In this document: piece by piece, positions 43,414 to 46,103 of the stretch
Position numbering within the stretch: position 1 is the stretch's first letter
How the letters are laid out: every line of letters starts with the position of its first letter
IMG/VR virus record: IMGVR_UViG_3300044852_000034
Coordinates: 1 to 46,103 of that record
Direction: 5' to 3' (one strand)
From: a virus
Taxonomy: Duplodnaviria; Caudoviricetes
Length of the DNA: 46,103 bases
Notes under the pieces: model-generated
What the model saw: only the letters and a program-made list of their open reading frames with translations
Databases searched by the model: none
What the model was told of the DNA's origin: nothing
Made by a program: the position numbers and the translations under genes

Positions 43414-43802
43414 TCCGGGGTGTCCTGGCTGCCGGCCGGCGCCGTGCTGAGTCGATGATGCGGGACACGTGCCGCATCACCCGCCCCGGGCCGAAGACTT
43501 GGGACGAGACGACGATGACGTACACGCCGACATCGACTGTGGTCTATGAGGGCAAGTGCCGGTTCCTGAACCCGTACCGGGCCCCGACGACGGCAAACAC
43601 CCCCGGCCAGACACAGGTTGTCCAGTTGGCCCGCCTGTCCCTGCCGGTGGCGACGTCGCTGGGGATCAACGAGGCCGACGAGGTGGAGTACCTGACGTCG
43701 GAGTCTGACCCGGACATGGTTGGCCGGCGCTTCACGGTGGACGGCCGCGCGCACCAGTCGGACGCGACGGCGCGAAGGATCCCGGTCAAGGAAGCGTCCT
43801 GA
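43410..43802 (+). CDS. Head-to-tail stopper (copy)
   Basis: Identical translation to 885-1277. Confidence 0.75.
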   Translation: MIRGVLAAGRRRAESMMRDTCRITRPGPKTWDETTMTYTPTSTVVYEGKCRFLNPYRAPTTANTPGQTQVVQLARLSLPVATSLGINEADEVEYLTSESDPDMVGRRFTVDGRAHQSDATARRIPVKEAS

Positions 43803-44188
43803 TGCAGATTCAGGTCCGGGGCCTGCAAGCTGTCGTGAAGCGCCTCGAGGGTGTTGACCCGCTGCTGCGGGAGAACCTCCGCAAGGCAGTGGAAATCACC
43901 GCCCGGCATATCAAGGACGACGCAAAAGCGAACTTGAAGCCGATGGCAACCCCGCACGTCTCGCATGTCTGGAAGCTCCCGGCCGCACTTCACTACCATA
44001 TGGAGGGCAACCGCTATTACGTGGCGGCCAAGGTCCGGGCTACTGGCGAGCAGGCCCGGTTCATCGGCGTCATCGAGTACGGGTCCCCGACGTCGGCCCC
44101 GCACCCGTTCCTCATGCCCGCCGCACTTATGAACCGCGCTGACTTCCTCAAGGGTGTCCGCCAGGCAGTGAAGGACTCCATCAAATGA
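43802..44188 (+). CDS. HK97 gp10-like protein (copy)
   Basis: Identical translation to 1277-1663. Confidence 0.7.
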   Translation: MQIQVRGLQAVVKRLEGVDPLLRENLRKAVEITARHIKDDAKANLKPMATPHVSHVWKLPAALHYHMEGNRYYVAAKVRATGEQARFIGVIEYGSPTSAPHPFLMPAALMNRADFLKGVRQAVKDSIK

Positions 44189-44607
44189 GTGACCCGATCC
44201 GTGACCATGTGGGCGCGTTCCTGGACCGGCTGAAATCGGATCCGGTGTTCGCCGGCAACGTCATTGACACGAACGAGCCGAAGACCGCTGATCAGCGCGT
44301 CCCGCCGTACCTCGTGGTCTATTCCGACACGGGCAAGGTGGTGAACGAGCGGGCGACGTCGGAGCTCCCGAACCGTCTGGACTTCCAGTTCACGGTGCAT
44401 TCCGTGGGCGTGGACGCTGACCAGGCGCGCGCGTGGGCCGGGAAGGTCTTCTTGATGCTCGCCGGCTGGCGGCCGGTCGTGGAGGGCTGGAAGCCGCAGG
44501 GCATCACGAAGCGGAAGCAGCCGCTCCCGATCCAGTTCGACCGCTCCTACACACCCGAGCTTGTATACGCGGTTGACGTTTTCGACCTAGTAACCCGCAA
44601 AGCCTGA
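44185..44607 (+). CDS. Tail terminator (copy)
   Basis: Identical translation to 1660-2082. Confidence 0.7.
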   Translation: MSDPIRDHVGAFLDRLKSDPVFAGNVIDTNEPKTADQRVPPYLVVYSDTGKVVNERATSELPNRLDFQFTVHSVGVDADQARAWAGKVFLMLAGWRPVVEGWKPQGITKRKQPLPIQFDRSYTPELVYAVDVFDLVTRKA

Positions 44608-44619
44608 TTGGAGACTGCC

Positions 44620-44778
44620 GTGGCTCTCACCAAAGCACGCAACAAGGACGGGGACGAGGTAATCGTCTCCGACGAGTGGCTGACCCGCTGGCCTGACGAC
44701 TTCACCGCCGTCGAACCCACAGTTCCCCCGAAGGAAACTACGCCGGCTACCGGCACCAACAAGAAGGAGAAGGCGTAA
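44620..44778 (+). CDS. Small hypothetical protein (copy of 2095-2253)
   Basis: Same sequence. Confidence 0.7.
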   Translation: MALTKARNKDGDEVIVSDEWLTRWPDDFTAVEPTVPPKETTPATGTNKKEKA

Positions 44779-45281
44779 TGGCCCTCGAAGATACTCCCGG
44801 TTCTGTCGCAACAGACGGCAACCTTTCCATCTGGTTTGTGCCCTACGGCGCATCCACCAACCCCGCATCGAAGGCTGTCCTTGAGGGTGGCACCACGAAG
44901 CGGATCACCTACTCGCTGACCCCGGACGGCTTCGCCCACACCACGGACGAAGCGACCATCGAGGACGGCCGGCTGACCCTCAAGCAGGCGCTGCAGCAGG
45001 CCGGCACGGTCACTGACAACCTCGAACTGTCCTACGTCTACGGCGCCGCTGACGACGTGGCGCGCGTGGCCCTGGCCGAGGGCACGAAGGGCTGGATCGT
45101 GGTCCGCTACGCGGTGGACAACGCCGCGGCCCTGTCCACGTCTACGGACAAGGTGGACATCCTCCCGATCCGTACCGGCGTGCAGCGCAAGTCCGCGCCG
45201 GCCCGGAACGCGACGTTCGTGATGGTGCAGAAGCAGTTCATCACGGGCACTGTGCTGCGGGACCAGAGCGTCGTCGCCTAG
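44778..45281 (+). CDS. Major tail protein (copy)
   Basis: Identical translation to 2253-2756. Confidence 0.85.
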   Translation: MALEDTPGSVATDGNLSIWFVPYGASTNPASKAVLEGGTTKRITYSLTPDGFAHTTDEATIEDGRLTLKQALQQAGTVTDNLELSYVYGAADDVARVALAEGTKGWIVVRYAVDNAAALSTSTDKVDILPIRTGVQRKSAPARNATFVMVQKQFITGTVLRDQSVVA

Positions 45282-45369
45282 TTGAAATACTCCTGCCGCC
45301 CGTCTTTCCACCGGGGCGGGCGGCAGGTCACAACTTTCGTCCGGTGGAACGGTGGAAGGAACAATTCTT

Positions 45370-45888
45370 ATGTCGAAGCTCAAGAACAAGACTGATAAAG
45401 CCACATTCCGGTACAGGGACGTAACGGTGATGCTGGACGGTGAGAAGGCGGCCGAGCGGGACGCGCTGATCGAGTCGATTGCGAACACGCAGGAGCCTGT
45501 TGACGCACGGATCACTGTGGACCCTGCCGCGGAGGCGCGGAAGGCGCTGGCTGCCCTCGAGGACGAGATGCGCGAGGCCTTGGTCACTGTCCGGCTGCGG
45601 GCACTGCCGACCGACAAGTGGAACGCCATTGTGGCGAAGCACCCGGCCCGTGAGGGCGTGGCGATCGACGCGAACAAGCAGTACAACATCGTGGAAGTCA
45701 CGAAGGCCGCTGTCGAGGCGGGCGGGCACCTGATCGAGGACGGCAAGACCGAACCGATCGACGCCGACGAATGGCCGGCGTTTTGGGAGTCGCTGTCTGG
45801 TGGCGACTTTGATCGCTTTTGGATCGCGGCGTACACGCTGAACGAGCAAGACGGCTGGATGGGTGTTGACTTCCTAAAAAAAGGCTGA
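45370..45888 (+). CDS. Tail assembly chaperone (copy; frameshifted extension truncated by window end)
   Basis: Identical translation to 2845-3363. Confidence 0.85.
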   Translation: MSKLKNKTDKATFRYRDVTVMLDGEKAAERDALIESIANTQEPVDARITVDPAAEARKALAALEDEMREALVTVRLRALPTDKWNAIVAKHPAREGVAIDANKQYNIVEVTKAAVEAGGHLIEDGKTEPIDADEWPAFWESLSGGDFDRFWIAAYTLNEQDGWMGVDFLKKG

Positions 45889-46103
45889 GGGATTCCCCCG
45901 GCCTGTTGAGGGATGTCCGGCTGGCGCGGGAGATGGGGATAGCCCCGCGCCGGCTGTGGGGCTGGGAACCAGTGGAGTCCACCAAGCACCACTATGACGC
46001 CGGCCGGCTGGTGGGATCCACCACGACCAGGGAACCGGAGTTCGACCGGGAGCAGCGCGAATGGTTCCGGGCCCTGCACGAGCTCGAGGCGGACACCGGC
46101 CAG

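Larger units (their letters stand above)
42526..46103. repeat. Long direct repeat, copy 2
   Basis: Duplicate of 1-3581, 3 bp shorter. Confidence 0.97.

Noticed and set aside
42526-46103. True gene duplication or biological terminal repeat of the head-tail module
   Set aside because: It starts and ends at arbitrary points in the late operon at the window ends; best explained as circular or concatemer assembly overlap.

Overview
The window is a complete temperate siphovirus genome of high GC content, actinobacteriophage-like and probably infecting Arthrobacter or other Micrococcaceae (host inferred from gene content and regulatory motifs). The unit length is about 42,525 bp; bases 1-3581 reappear at 42526-46103 with one small variant. 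Gene order is head-tail connectors and tail (1-13.9 kb), lysis (14.2-15.5 kb), a candidate attP plus a leftward Dam-like MTase/integrase/repressor block (15.5-19.0 kb), a rightward early/replication arm (19.1-32.8 kb), a leftward accessory cassette (33.1-35.3 kb) and packaging/head genes (35.7-42.8 kb). The most unusual signals are non-coding. (1) A 14-bp palindrome, GTGCCATATGGCAC, is dispersed at 10 or more sites, often paired at 19-bp spacing and often covering start codons or a promoter spacer. (2) A structured early leader carries an rRNA-operon-type boxA and a tRNA-like minihelix. (3) A non-canonical tRNA-Tyr-like element sits inside the head operon. (4) A perfect LexA box lies ahead of the terminase genes. 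(5) The leftward cassette has its own palindromic operator and a candidate ADP-ribosyltransferase-fold gene. All calls were made by eye from the sequence and ORF track; no database searches were run.
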